NCBI RefSeq assembly: GCF_001194135.2
Contig: NC_069003.1
Coordinates: 7,497,147-7,561,146 of the forward strand
Source: Octopus bimaculoides
Taxonomy: Eukaryota
Reading direction: 5' to 3'
DNA length: 64,000 nucleotides
Positions 13,608 through 28,150 of this stretch are shown piece after piece. The stretch's first letter is position 1; the number at the start of each line of letters is the position of its first letter. Both the position numbers and the translations under genes were made by a program. The notes under the pieces were generated by a model. The model searched no databases. It was not told the origin of the DNA and was given only the letters and a program-made list of their open reading frames with translations.

Positions 13608-14673
13608 AGCTGTGTATATATATATATGCTGTGTATATATATATATATGTTTGTATATATAGAAACTCTGCCAAATTTAGATTGGAGCCTGGTGTTGCCA
13701 TCCGGTTTCACCAGTCCTCAGTCAAATCGTCCAACCTATGCTAGCATGGAAAGCGGACGTTAAACGACGATGATGATGATGATGATGATGATGATATATA
13801 TACTTGAGAAGACCTGTCAAGCCAAATGAAGTCACTGACATGGCCAATGCTAGTATTGCAGTACCAATGCCAATGGTACATAAAAAAGCATCCTTTGAAC
13901 TTTGGGGCTCACAGAGCTTGAAAGGGTGAAGAATGAAAGGCAAAGTTAGTAGGGTTTGAACTCACAACACCGTGAGTCAGAACAATTACTGCCAACCAAT
14001 TTATCTGTCATTTGAATGATTCTGCCAATTGGTTAGCTAATTCCTCAAAATATGTTGCCATAAAATACCTACTTAACAATAGCTTTTCCATGGAACTACT
14101 TCTCCAAAATATAAATTCTTACACTAACCAGTCAGTTATGAAAATAGGAATTGTATCAAAAGTATTGCAATAACTCCATGAAAAATCATTGATTTCAATG
14201 ACTTTTCTTGCCAAAAATCAGTAAAGATTTACAAAACCACAACAAAAGAAAGAAAAATGGTTGTTGCTTACCGATATGAGGCCATTAATCAGCAGGATGA
14301 AATGGATTGGACTAGAGTCAAAATATCAACATCTGGTAGGAATACAAAGAGCTACAGGGAAGGCACGAACAAGGCAAGGCATATTGATTTTAATTCCGAA
14401 GTAAGACATGAAAGTTGTTTTAAAGGAAAAAGTCTGATTTCCTACATAAAGATTCTTTTTCATGTAGATAACGCTACGTAAGGAACCATTATTAAAAGTA
14501 ATGTGAGAGATATAGCTAGATTCTGATGTCGGATAAGAAAGGGGGGTTTAGCTGGCATAATTTTTGGTGAAGATATTATTTATTGTATCATTTAGAAAGG
14601 AATAAATAAAGGAAGGAAGGAAGGAAGGAAGGAAAGAAGAAAGTAGTAAAGATGCACAAACACACACTCACAT

Positions 14674-14720
<47 letters not shown>

Positions 14721-14939
14721 CATGCACACATGTCTGAGAAGGCATGCACCTCACACACATGCACACACATAAATATATGCATGTCCATACATAGATATAT
14801 ATATATATATATATGCATACATGTAACAATAGGTTCATATATATTCAATGATATTTCAATGGGAGCTCTTCATAAAAGGAGAGAAAAGAAGGTAACAATA
14901 AACTGGATGCAAAACCCAACAGAAGCAATGGCTATTGAG

Positions 14940-15290
14940 AACAAAACAATTTGTTTCAAGATATTCCAGAACATGTTTGCATAATGTTAGAACCTCGAAC
15001 CTTTAATTCAAGCCATCACTGTCTTCTCAGTTGTGTATAAATGGCAGAGAATGCCTGATTCAGGATAGCCCAAGTAATATTATAGGTCTGTTGGATTGTC
15101 TCTCCAAGCAGCCAAATATACTTTGACAAAGCAGTTGTGAAATGTTTTGGTAGGATGACAAGGACATATATATGTTGATAAACTCTTATCTTGAAATGAT
15201 ACTCAGTCAGCCAAGTATAAGATTTCAGCACAAAAGCTGTTGTTCAAAATGTACTTTAGTGCAATATATTACAGATTTTTCATGAGGTTG
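14940..15290 (-). mobile_element. Penelope-like element GIY-YIG C-terminal fragment
   Basis: TTALSKYIWLL...TYNITWAILNQA, then LN*RFEVLTLCKH after a frameshift. Confidence 0.65.
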
Positions 15291-16274
15291 CAAGTTTGAT
15301 TCCCAGACAGGGTTGTGTGTGTTGTGTTCTTGCTGAGTTCCATATTATTGCAACCAATTTGGATGTTGAAAGACTTCAGTCTCCACCGGCGCCAATGACA
15401 ATGATTGCTTTCAGTCTATGCAATGTTCTTGTTTCTAATTTTAATGTTCCACAGTGCTTCAGTGAATTTATGCAATTTCATTTTTATTTTAAAAAAATCC
15501 TTTTTAGTCAGGAATGAAGGGAGGCATGAAGGAAGGAAGGCTTGGAAGAAAGAAGATATCCTCAAACCAAAGACCTGGCTGAAGTGATTGAAACACAGTG
15601 GACTCTACTATAGAGACCCACAGGTGCTAGGTTGCAGTGGTGGTGGTGGTGGTGGTGGTGTTAATCTGGGTGATGAAATACATCTAAACTTAAGTAGGCC
15701 AGGGTAGGATTTGAACTCAGAATGCATACAGCCAAAACGAAAGAATGAATACTATAATGCATCTAGTCTGTTGTTCATCATACAGCACAGGCTTGAAAAA
15801 ACGGGGTTCAGGGGATGCAAGTGTACCCCCTAAAATTTTTGATAGGCAATGAAAATGCTATCAACATCCTGGGTTGGATCTGGGTTTGCACCCCTTAAGC
15901 AAGTTTTGTTCCTACATTTATGCATACATTTCTGGAAAAGACACTACATTGAATCAGTAATAATTATTTTAATCAACCTCAAAGGGATGAAAAGCAAAAT
16001 AAAAGGAAATTAGACTGCAGTGGGATTTGAACCTAGAACTAAGATAGTTGGAATTAAAAAAACACAAAGCATAGAGCATGATGCTCTAATGACTGCCAAT
16101 TGCCTTTGGGAGAAAGACACAGCTTTTCTTAGAACGTTTACCAATTTGCTGAACTAGAACGAAAATTGCTTAATGGCTAGTTTTGAAATATTACCATATC
16201 ATTCACTTAATCATGTGTGTGTATATGTATGTATATATATATGTATACATATACATATATATATGTATGTTTAT

Positions 16275-16311
<37 letters not shown>

Positions 16312-17068
16312 AATATATATATATATATATATATATGCGTACATACATATATACACACATTTATATATCATATATATCAATACATGTATATATGTTTATA
16401 TATGTTTATACACACACACACACATACATGTGCATATGCACATGCATACACATATATATATGTATGTATATTAAAATCTATTTCTTCCCAATTATCACAT
16501 TCCAACCAGTGTCTACTCTTGAAGTTTTAATTTCCCTCTGACAGATACTAAAAACGAACAATTATATTCTGGTTAGTTGTAGTAGTTTTTGGCATTTTGT
16601 TTATCAATCTTTTCGAAATAACACGTTTTCTAAAACTATGTCACAGCCTTCTCACACAAGAATCACACATTCTAAGAAATAGCACCATTGTGTTTATTGA
16701 TTTCTCTTTTGAGAGTATTGATTTCTTTATGCTGAAACAATTGGTGGATGGGTAGTTTTGAGGTTAACATCTTTTCCAAGAGCATCAGTCATAAGTAAAT
16801 ATTAAGCTGGTACAAATTCAAACTGTTGTTATTTTATCTTTTCTTTTTATTTCCTGTCTCGATTAATTTGCGTGGGTAAAAGGCGTAGGTGTAGGCATAG
16901 CTGTGTGGTGAGAAATTTGCTTCCCAATTGCATGTTTCCGGGTTCCATCCCACTGCGTGGCACCTTGGGCAAGTGTCTCCTACTACAGCCTTAGACCGAC
17001 CAAAGCCTTGTGAGTGGATTTGGTAGACGGAAACTGAAAGAAGCCCGTCGTATATATGTATATATGTG

Positions 17069-17120
<52 letters not shown>

Positions 17121-17387
17121 TGTGTGTGTGTTTGTGTGTGTGTGTGTTTGTGTGTNNNNNNNNNNNNNNNNNNNNNNNNNNNNNNNNNNNNNNNNNNNNN
17201 NNNNNNNNNNNNNNNNNNNNNNNNNNNNNNNNNNNNNNNNNNNNNNNNNNNNNNNNNNNNNNNNNNNNNNNNNNNNNNNNNNNNNNNNNNNNNNNNNNNN
17301 NNNNNNNNNNNNNNNNNNNNNNNNACAAAGAGTAAGTCCTGGGGTCAATTTGCTTGACTAAAGGCGGTGCTCCAACATGGCCGCAGT

Positions 17388-17425
<38 letters not shown>

Positions 17426-17431
<6 letters not shown>

Positions 17432-17984
17432 GGGCCAAAATTAGTGCCCCAACTTTATGTGTCCCAATAGTATGTGTCTCTTAGTTCTGTAGTTTCTTGG
17501 TGCATGCTGTTATTGTTTCTGTATGTCATTGGTTATTTCTGTATGTCATTGATTAATCAGCGTGTCGAATTATGTGAGAGAAGGATGGCAGAAGCCAGAG
17601 ATTCCAGATTTTTTGATCGACACATTTTCTTTGATAAAGCAACCTTCCATGTTTCCGTTCACATCAGCCCCCATAACTGCTTCTGTTATTCAGAAAATGA
17701 CCCTGAAGTGGTTTGGGAAAAGCATGCCAATTCACCTTCTCTTGTCATTTGGGTGGCGATATTGTCTCCAGAAATTCGTTCATTCCGTATTCAACAAGAG
17801 ACGATGGATGGTGACCAGTACCTAGCATTGTTTAAAATCATCATCTGGCCGTATTTGCAATACCATCATTCTAAAATCTTTGTGCAAGATGGAGAACCTC
17901 CTCATTATGACAAACGTGTAAGAAATTTCCTCAAAATGGTTGAATTTTCAAAAACTCAAGTTGGAGCACTAATTTTGGCCCACC

Positions 17985-17987
<3 letters not shown>
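17426..17987 (+). mobile_element. Internally deleted Tc1/mariner element with both TIRs
   Basis: About 30-bp TIRs (agggtgggccaaaattagtgccccaactt / aagttggagcactaattttggcccaccctg) inside (TA)n. Internal IFFDKATFHV...FVQDGEPPHY transposase catalytic fragment. Confidence 0.85.
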
Positions 17988-18041
<54 letters not shown>

Positions 18042-19249
18042 TACATACATATATATATATATACATATATATATATACATACATACATACATATATATAT
18101 GTGTGTGTATATGCATGCATACATATATATATATATATATCCATACAAATACACATATATATATATGCATACATACACACACTCACACATATATATATGT
18201 ATATGCTTATATATATACACACACACACACACACACATATACATACATATATGCATACACACACATGCACACAGACACACAGACACACACTCACACTCAC
18301 ACACACACACACATACACACATGTATACCTATATAAAATCGTCCAGGAGTTATCTTTAAATGTGAGATAATTAAATTGAAGATATTTAATCTATTTATTA
18401 TAGATTAGAAAAGTGGTGGCTAATAGCCATTGGACAAAGTTGTAATGGAATAAGCTTTTCTCTCACATCAAAAAACACGTGTTTGAAATAATTGTCCCTC
18501 ATATCTCTGTTAATATCTCTTTTTACTGATTAAGTTCGTTTATATTTGCGGTTTCTGATCTATATCTCAGTCACTTACTTTACAAAAAAAGAAAGATCTT
18601 TACTATTCATTCAATTTGTTCATTCATTTCATGTCTGTTTTATCATGCTGTCATAGGTTAGATGAATACATGTTATTGTGGCATTGCTTTTTTTGTTTGG
18701 CAGCTGGATGCTTTTCCTGTTGCTAACCCTTACTTGTTTTTCAAGTTAGAGAGCTATTGGTTGATTTGTTGAGAAGAAAATGTCAACAAATGTCACCAAC
18801 AGTGGCTCAGTGTTTTTTCATGTCAACTAAAGTATGTAAACACATACACATATGAACTCATATTTCCACACACACACACACACTTGTTCATTCACAAAAA
18901 AACATGTGCATACATCATCAGTGTCTCAGTATTTTTTCATTTAGAAATAAAGATTGTAAACACACACACATACAAACTGACATATTTGCATACACGGACA
19001 GATAAAACAGACACACACACATTGTTGGATGATTTGACCGGAGCTGGTCAGCTGGTTAGCTGCTTAGGCTCCATGTTTGTTTTGGCAGGGTTTCTATGGC
19101 TGGATGCCCTTCCTAACACCAATCACTTTATAAAGTGTATTCTGGGTGCTTTTATGCAGCACTAGCATGGGTGCTGTTACGTGACGCTAGTGCAAGTGCT
19201 TTTTATGTGGCACCAGCACCTGCAAGCTCGCAAGATTAAGAACACTCAG

Positions 19250-20125
19250 CTGAAGAAGGAGAGATGCAGGGGACATGCCTGTATGCAAGGACAATCATGT
19301 ATTTTACTCAGCTTGACATGTCTTCTCAAGCACAGCAACTGCCAAAAGTCTGTGATCTTGTCATCCCCTCTGCAAGCCTCAATATCTGAAGATCCTTTTC
19401 CACCACTTCACCTCATGTCGTCCTGGGTCTACCCCTTCCACATGTTCCCTCCATAATTAGAGCTCAGCACGTCTTGATGCAACTATCTTCATTCATACAC
19501 ATAACATGGTCATACCACTACAGCCTTCTCCTTAGCACACTACGTCTGATGCCCTGTATACTCAGTCTTTCTTTCAAATCACTTATACCCTGTTGTATAT
19601 GCACACTGCCATTACACATCCATTGGAGCACACTTGCTTTTTTTTTCTTTCAAGCCTTTGCACGTCCTCAGCCGTCACAGCCCATGTCACACTGCCATGT
19701 AGCATAGCTGTTCATACACAGGCAGCATACAGCCTACCTTTCACTCTGAGGAAGAGGCCCTTCATTACAAACAGAGGCAGCAGCTCTTTGAACTTTGCCC
19801 AGCCTATTCATATTCTAGCAGCTATTCTTTCAGAACAAACACCTCCACAACTAAATTAGTCACTCAAGTAACAGAAATTGTCTACTACTTCTAAGGATTC
19901 CCCCTGACATTTGAGGGAGTCTATTTTTTTTTGTACATTCCTGGTGTTTAATGTACCTGCATATCTTCCATGTGTAAAGACTACTTTCTCTGCTAGTTGT
20001 CCAGAGATACTGCTGAACCTCTTCTGTATCCATACGTTGCACTGGACACACCATAGGGAGTTTCTCTCAAGACCTTTTCTACATATCGAGCAGAGCCATT
20101 TCCCTGAAGGGAGCTGTGACTTGTC
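19250..20125 (-). mobile_element. RTE-clade LINE 3' fragment
   Basis: GKWLCSICRKG...LEVVDNFCYLSD, then IGWAKFKELLPL...KGRLYAACV...MLHGSVTWA in a second frame. Confidence 0.8.
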
Positions 20126-20134
20126 TGTTTTTCT

Positions 20135-20182
<48 letters not shown>

Positions 20183-20306
20183 GCATCTGTTCGTGTGTGT
20201 GTTAGTTTGTGCATATGTGTGTGTGTATGTGTGTTTGTGCATGTGTACACACACACAGGCACAAACACTCACACACATACATACATACACACACAAATAT
20301 AGATAA

Positions 20307-20381
<75 letters not shown>

Positions 20382-20715
20382 TAAATGTAGTTATATAGAT
20401 GTGTGGGTGTCTTTGTGTCTGTTTGTTTCTCTATCACCACTTGACAATTGGTAACTTAGCAGTTCGGCAAAAGAACCAAATAGAATAAGTACCAGACTGT
20501 TAAAAAAATAAGCACCGGGGCTCCTTCAAATAATTATGAGATAGTATCCCAGCATGGCCACAATCCAATGACTGAAACAAGTGCAAAAAATAAAAGATAA
20601 ACACACACACACATTAATAGAGAGGGTGTGGGTCTCTTCTAACAGATTAAGTTGGACAAATGTAGGGAATAAATAATTACATAATTGCTATACAGCAAAT
20701 TAGAAAATTAGCAAA

Positions 20716-20777
<62 letters not shown>

Positions 20778-21131
20778 GAACATGTAATCTAGTGATGAGT
20801 AATTTGGGTTAAACGTCCTGTACAATTAGCATATGGTAACCTGACATTTTGGCTTAGATAGGGTTTTTATCAATAACCAAATATTGAGTGAGATATGAAA
20901 TTGGCCAAAGTCTGAGATAATTTATGGCATAGATGAGTAAATATTTATGCTTTAACTCTATGGGACATCGAGACGCATAGCTTAGTGGTTAGGGTGTTGG
21001 ACTCATGGTTTTAAGATTGTGGTTTTGATTTCTGGATTGGGCAATGTGTTGTGTTCTTGTACAGGGTCAGATTAAGGCCCATTGGGACCCTAAGCATGGT
21101 CGCAGTCAAATAACTGAAACAAGTAATAGAA

Positions 21132-21162
<31 letters not shown>

Positions 21163-22375
21163 CAACAACCTACAGGAGTTATAGAGTGACTCAAAGGCTG
21201 AAAACTTCATGAGTTGTTACTTGATAAGTGCAAATGCTCGAAACTTGTTCCTCAGGCCACAGTCTGACTTCTGTCAATTATCAATTAAAAAATATATGTA
21301 CACATGCTTTGAGTTCTACTTATCTTGTTTGCATTACCAAAGCCACATATATATATATATATATAATGCATGTATATATATCTATATCTATCTACACACG
21401 CACACGCACACACACACACATATATATGTATGTGTGTATGAATGTCAGTCCTGTGTGTGTCCCCAGTAACACAGTCTGAATAAAAATAACAAAATGTGAC
21501 ATTGTTTACATTCATCAACAAAGCAACGTACTGAATTTCAGTGAACATGTGAAAAGCTGTGGGAATGAAAAAAATAGCATACTTGAAAAATAAGTGGGTG
21601 TGATGGAGGCTTTGTTGCTAGGAAGAGAATCTGGTTGCAGAAAAATCTACCAATCCAAATTCCCCTGGATTTGGTAGACAGAACCTGAAAGAATCCTATA
21701 ATATATATATATATATATTTGCTACCCTATAATTTATTAATAATTGATAAAATTCTTCTTGGATAATTTTCTGAAAGAATTTTGGCATTTTTGTATTTGC
21801 TGCCGATTAGGTAAACCGCAAATACGCGGTATATTTTGAAAAATTAGACATAGGAACATGAACCATGCTGCTTATTTGACTCGTGCTTCATATGTTGTCT
21901 GGTCATTTCTGCTGATGATAGTCCGACCTTGTAAGNNNNNNNNNNNNNNNNNNNNNNNNNNNNNNNNNNNNNNNNNNNNNNNNNNNNNNNNNNNNNNNNN
22001 NNNNNNNNNNNNNNNNNNNNNNNNNNNNNNNNNNNNNNNNNNNNNNNNNNNNNNNNNNNNNNNNNNNNNNNNNNNNNNNNNNNNNNNNNNNNNNNNNNNN
22101 NNNNNNNNNNNNNNNNNNNNNNNNNNNNNNNNNNNNNNNNNNNNNNNNNNNNNNNNNNNNNNNNNNNNNNNNNNNNNNNNNNNNNNNNNNNNNNNNNNNN
22201 NNNNNNNNNNNNNNNNNNNNNNNNNNNNNNNNNNNNNNNNNNNNNNCCCACCCTGGCATCCAAAACTTGGAGTTTTATCATGGCTACCAAATAAGTGTCA
22301 CATATTTTTACAGATAAATTCCTCTATTTACATAATATCAAGGTCTCTTTCTTTCTTTTGTTGTCCTTTCTATCA

Positions 22376-22411
<36 letters not shown>

Positions 22412-22665
22412 TCTTTTACTTGTTTCAGTCATTTGATTGTGGCCTTGCTGGAGCAGCACTTTTAGTTGAACAAATCAACCCCAGGACTTATTCTTTGAAA
22501 GCCTAGTATTTATTCTATCGGTCTCTTTTGCCGAACTGCTAAGTTACTGAGACATAAATACACCAACGCCAGTTGTCAAGCAATGGTGGGAGGACAAACA
22601 CAGACACACAAATACATACATATATGTATTTGTATGTATATATATATATATATATNNNNNNNNNN

Positions 22666-22703
<38 letters not shown>

Positions 22704-23697
22704 TATATATACAATGGGCTTCTTTCAGTTTCCATCTACCTAATCTACTCACAAGATTTTGATTGGCCTGAGGCTATAGTAGAAGACACTTGCCCAAAGT
22801 GTCACACAGCGGGACTGAACCTGGAACCATGTGGTTGGGAAGCTGTGTGATATGACGATTGCTTCCCAACCACATGGTTAGCTCAGGGCTATAATAGAAG
22901 ACACTTTCCCAAGGTACCATACTGTGGAACTGAACCTAAAACCATTTTGATTTAGAACCAACCTACTTGACCATACATCCACGTCTATCTATTATTTTCT
23001 AATGTTGTTTTATTTTCACAAAGCAATTTTCCCTAATTATCATTTTCGTATTCCCAGCATTCAAATACATCAAATATATCAGCACTAACTTAACTGTTGA
23101 TTTTTCCTGCAGATGGCGTCTCTGAATCAATTTTACTGAGTTCACCGATGTCATCATTTAATCCATGCACCACTTGCATTGAACCAAACAAAGAAGGAAC
23201 AGAGCTCTCTATCATCTCTATTCTTATTCATCTCATCTATAACCTTCCAGCATCTTCAGATTATTGGTCATGCTTCTAATAATGTCTTCCTGTGTCTAAG
23301 ACATACAACCACTGAACACTTAAGTGTGCTCCTTTTGATGTTTTTAATAAGAAAATGCCTAAAGTAACACATTTTTGCAGAAGATATATAGGTTCAGGTG
23401 TGGCTTTGTGGTTAAGATGTTTGATTTGCAGAAGTGGGGTGCTGGGTTCGGTCCCACTGTGCAGCACCTTAGGCATGTGTCTCCTACTAAAATCTATGGG
23501 CCAACCAATGCTTTGTGAGTGAATTTGGTTGATGTGAATTCTGTGAAGCCATTATTGTAAGGAGTGCTGGTTGAGCTGTGGACGACCAGTTCATGCAACG
23601 TGTTGTATTAGATTCCCTGTTACCCGTAGCACCCAGGAGAGACCTCACAAGTGACCTGACACAAATATATATACGTATGCACACACACACACACACA

Positions 23698-23783
<86 letters not shown>

Positions 23784-23793
23784 TGTGTGTGTA

Positions 23794-24500
23794 TAGGGTG
23801 CAGTGGGTAAATTGTTGCATTTTATATTTTTAATTTTGCACTTGCTCATTGTTTGTTTTTGATTTTGTTGACTACTCAGTATAATAGGGTCAGTTGGGCA
23901 CCGTCTGTGAGAAAAACAGCACCATGACGCAATTTACTCTGCCAAAAATTTGGAAAAGTCAAGCTGTAATGCTTGGTATTCGTGCCCGAAGCTCCAATAC
24001 GAACATTTCAGAGTGTTGGGTGTCAATCTGAGTTTCCAAAACATGTAGCGAGAGTGATAAAAATCAAACATCCAGTCAACATGGTGTTTGGAGTGATCAC
24101 AGGCGATGGTGACGTTATGCCTCCATTCATCTTCCCACACAGCCTCGACTCAACACGGAGGCCTACATCAAGTGCCTGGAGGAGGTAGTGCTGCCCTGGG
24201 TCAAGAGGGTGGCTGCTAGACGATATTAGGTCTGGCAACAGGACTCTGCACCATGCCATACATGTAGGAGTACCCAGTCATGGCTGTGAGACAATTTTCG
24301 CGACCACATCACCCCTAACATCTGACCACCTAACTTCCTAGACTGCAACCCCCTTGATTATTATGTGTGTGTATGGGGGGGGGGGGGTGCAGTTCAGTGA
24401 GATAACAACGAAATTCCTTGTAACACCAAAGATGAACTGACGGTAAGGATTATGGCAGCATTCACCAACTTCAACAAGGAGACCGTCCAGAAGGCTTACA
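23794..24500 (+). mobile_element. Degenerate maT/DD37D-like Tc1/mariner transposase fragment
   Basis: KHPVNMVFGVITGDGDVMPPFIFP, then WQQDSAPCH...DCNPLDYY in a shifted frame. Confidence 0.75.
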
Positions 24501-24770
24501 AAGTGCTTAATAAGTGCTGGCGTCGATTTGTTGAACTAAAGGTGGTGCCCCAGCATGGCCGCAGTCAAATGACTGAAACAGGTAAAAGAATGTGTACATA
24601 TAAAAAAAAAAACGAAGGATTATTAATTAAAACATATGTAGGGGAGATAACTCTTCTTTTACTTATAGCTTTATGAATCAGCTATAAGTGACATCTTTAA
24701 TGAATTTGTAATTTTTCTCGTCTTAAACCATATAAGATCATAAATCTTTTGTTGTTGTTGTCGCTATTAC

Positions 24771-24802
<32 letters not shown>

Positions 24803-25016
24803 TTGTTGTTACTATTATTTTTGCTGTTGTTCTTTTCATTGTTATTCTCTCCTTTTACCACTCCTCAGTCAAACCATGCCAGCATGAAAGTGGACGTTAA
24901 ATGATGATAATGATGATGATATGTATATATGATGATGATGATGATGATATATATATATATATATGATGACGACGATGACGATGATATATATATATATATG
25001 ACATATATATATATAT

Positions 25017-25057
<41 letters not shown>

Positions 25058-26110
25058 TTATATGTATGGATGTATATATATCTACGTGTGTGGGTGTGTT
25101 TGTGTTNNNNNNNNNNNNNNNNNNNNNNNNNNNNNNNNNNNNNNNNNNNNNNNNNNNNNNNNNNNNNNNNNNNNNNNNNNNNNNNNNNNNNNNNNNNNNN
25201 NNNNNNNNNNNNNNNNNNNNNNNNNNNNNNNNNNNNNNNNNNNNNNNNNNNNNNNNNNNNNNNNNNNNNNNNNNNNNNNNNNNNNNNNNNNNNNNNNNNN
25301 NNNNNNNNNNNNNNNNNNNNNNNNNNNNNNNNNNNNNNNNNNNNNNNNNNNNNNNNNNNNNNNNNNNNNNNNNNNNNNNNNNNNNNNNNNNNNNNNNNNN
25401 NNNNNNNNNNNNNNNNNNNNNNNNNNNNNNNNNNNNNNNNNNNNNNNNNNNNNNNNNNNNNNNNNNNNNNNNNNNNNNNNNNNNNNNNNNNNNNNNNNNN
25501 NNNNNNNNNNNNNNNNNNNNNNNNNNNNNNNNNNNNNNNNNNNNNNNNNNNNNNNNNNNNNNNNNNNNNNNNNNNNNNNNNNNNNNNNNNNNNNNNNNNN
25601 NNNNNNNNNNNNNNNNNNNNNNNNNNNNNNNNNNNNNNNNNNNNNNNNNNNNNNNNNNNNNNNNNNNNNNNNNNNNNNNNNNNNNNNNNNNNNNNNNNNN
25701 NNNNNNNNNNNNNNNNNNNNNNNNNNNNNNNNNNNNNNNNNNNNNNNNNNNNNNNNNNNNNNNNNNNNNNNNNNNNNNNNNNNNNNNNNNNNNNNNNNNN
25801 NNNNNNNNNNNNNNNNNNNNNNNNNNNNNNNNNNNNNNNNNNNNNNNNAGATCACTTTAACTGTTTTGTTACCATATTTCTGTTAGCTTACCCCATGTTT
25901 AGTTATCTCTTATCTTTTATCTTGTTTCAGTCATTAGTCAAAAATAGGCCATGCTGGGGCACTACCTTGAAGACATTTTAGTCGAATGAACTGACAGAAG
26001 GACTTATTTTCTTTTAAGCCTGGTACTTAATCTATTGGGCACTTTTGCTGAACTGCTAAGTTAAGGTGGTGTAAACACACCCGCACCAGATGGCAAGCAG
26101 TGGGGTGGAC

Positions 26111-26148
<38 letters not shown>

Positions 26149-26567
26149 CAGACTTCTTTCAGTTTCTGCCTACCAAATCCACTCACAAGGCTTTGGTCAT
26201 ACCAAGGCTATAGTAGAAGACACTTGTCCAAGATGCCAAGCAGCAGGACTGAACCTGGGACCATGTGGTTGGGAATCAAGCTTCTTACCACACAACCATG
26301 ACTGCAACTATTTTTCAAACAATTTTGAGAATAATGAAGAATTTATAATAAAAAAAGATAATTGTAGTTATTAAGCTGGTGTTTGGAATATAAATTAACA
26401 TAGAATTCAAAGAAAAAGATTTTAATTTAGATCATTTTATTAAAAAGTTTACATCACAGAATCAAGGATCGATCTCAGATTAGTGTCAAAGAGACTAAAT
26501 ACATAAAAATCTATGTAAGAAATAAATAGATTCTTCCTCAAGTTTTGGTGGTGCCTCATTAATAAAA

Positions 26568-26936
26568 TCAGTTCTTCAATAAAGTTAAGAGTTCCTTGGT
26601 TGAGCCTGACAAACTCATTACCGATTCAATGATGGCTTCAGAAATACCATTTGGTAAAGATTTTGTGTTGTTGAGAAATTTGCATTTGACATCGATATCG
26701 GTCAAAGGTTTACGCCAATGGCCATAAGGTGTATCGCAACGGCCCCTATAAACTTTGTTATTTTTTAAGGTGACCATTACTTCCACATACATTCTGTTAA
26801 AGTTTGCTATGTTGTCTTTCTTCCTGAGTAAATGGCACTTTTGTAGAAGAGTGTTGAGGTTTGTCCTGGATCGGCATTCTGAGGTGAAACTCTCTGGTGT
26901 CATGATTCCGTCAAGTAACATTGAAGCAACATTGAA
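26568..26936 (-). CDS. ACOD1: ACOD1 terminal coding exon
   Basis: Acceptor ctcttttattgtag|TTC (phase 0). FNVASMLLDG...PYGHWRKPL...KFLNN...LLTLLKN-stop. The four exons total 1416 nt, i.e. 471 aa plus stop. Confidence 0.9.
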   Translation of the reverse strand, partial: FNVASMLLDGIMTPESFTSECRSRTNLNTLLQKCHLLRKKDNIANFNRMYVEVMVTLKNNKVYRGRCDTPYGHWRKPLTDIDVKCKFLNNTKSLPNGISEAIIESVMSLSGSTKELLTLLKN

Positions 26937-26984
26937 CTACAATAAAAGAGAACAAAATCTTAATTGTTTCCAGAAAGTGTCAAG

Positions 26985-27385
26985 CTGGCAGAATTGTCAA
27001 CCTGCTGGGTAGAAAATGCTTAGTGGCATTTTGTCTGTCTCGATGTTCTGAGTTCAAATTCTGCTGAAGTCAGCTTTGCTTTGCATCCTTTCAGGATCAA
27101 TAAAAATAAGTACCAGTTGAATACTGGGGTTGATATAATTACCTAGACCACCTCCCCTATAATTGCTGGCCTTGTGTCAAAATTTGAAACCAATATTAAC
27201 TGCCCGTAAGACAACAAGCTGGCAGAATTGTTAGGACACTGGGCAAAATGCTTAGCGGCATTCTGTCTCTCTTCATGTTGTGAGTTCAAATTTCACCAAG
27301 GTCAACCTTGCCTTTCATCCATCCTGGATCGATAAAATAAGTACCAGTTGAGCACCAAGGTTAATATATTCGATTAGCCCCATTT
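26985..27385 (+). mobile_element. Two tandem tRNA-derived SINEs with a Meta/MESC-like core (ACOD1 last intron)
   Basis: gctggcagaattg...gttctgagttcaaattc...gcctttcatcc...gataaaataagtaccagttg occurs twice. Similar pair at 46420-46840; copies near 39840-40230 and 44530-44730. Family name is from recall. Confidence 0.7.
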
Positions 27386-27584
27386 CTGAGAGAGAATAAC
27401 ATGAATGCTACATGGTTAAACCAGACATATCTGACCTCTCAAACCTACCCTACAATGTTACTCTAAAAACGAACAATCCCATCATTGAAATGCCGAAGCT
27501 ATGAGATAATGCATGATTAATTCAAAGCAATGTGAATAAATAAGCTTTACATTTAACAGAGTAATCTGAATGCTAAATGGTTAA

Positions 27585-27782
27585 CCCTTTAGCATTTAAA
27601 CTAGACCTATCTAGCCAAAAATATTCTACCTGTTTTATGTTCAATCTAACCAAATTTGGTCTCTCACACCTACCCTACAATGTTATCCTCCAAAAATACA
27701 ATCATATCATTGTAATATTGAAGCTAGAGGATAATGAATGAATAAGCATTGCATTTGACAAAACGATCTGAATGCTAACAGG
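27585..27782. mobile_element. piggyBac-type MITE with TTAA target sites (partial tandem copy at 27417-27580)
   Basis: TTAA|ccctttagcatt ... aatgctaacagg|TTAA. The upstream copy shares cctaccctacaatgtta and the same right end. Confidence 0.7.
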
Positions 27783-27818
27783 TTAATGATTCTGCCAGGT
27801 TGTAAGCGATTAACTCAC

Positions 27819-28150
27819 CTGAAATGAATGTCTTGCTTCGTGTTGAGACTTTGGAAATGGCCTGTCGATATATTTCGATGAAGGCACTACAATTTGGACC
27901 TCTTTTATTTCATTATATGGAATTTCCGTGTTGAATTCTTCAGTCATTTGTTGTCGAGCTTCCATCGTAGCATCGATAGCCCAATGCATTGCCAAATGAG
28001 CAGGGAACCGTTTAAGGGCAGCATCTTGGTTATGAAGAATATAATGTTGATTATTTAGAGCCACTTCTAACAACAAATCCGGTGAATAGTCTTCGAAAAA
28101 TACACTGAAACCAGAGGCGGAGTCAAGAATGTTTTCGTTTCCTTCCATTC
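27819..28150 (-). CDS. ACOD1: ACOD1 coding exon 3
   Basis: Acceptor tctgtttacag|GA (phase 1). GMEGNENILDSASGF...KRFPAHLAMHWAIDA...PSSKYIDRPFPKSQHEARHSFQ. Donor CAG|gtgagt (phase 0). Confidence 0.93.

Noticed and set aside
21905-21935. CTGATGA followed by a possible stem as a hammerhead ribozyme
   Set aside because: It is cut off by the gap before any GAAA or cleavage strand, so it cannot be supported.
23097-23280. Acceptor-like ttttcctgcag|ATGGCG and short ORFs on both strands
   Set aside because: No donor, no recognisable protein and no partner exons.
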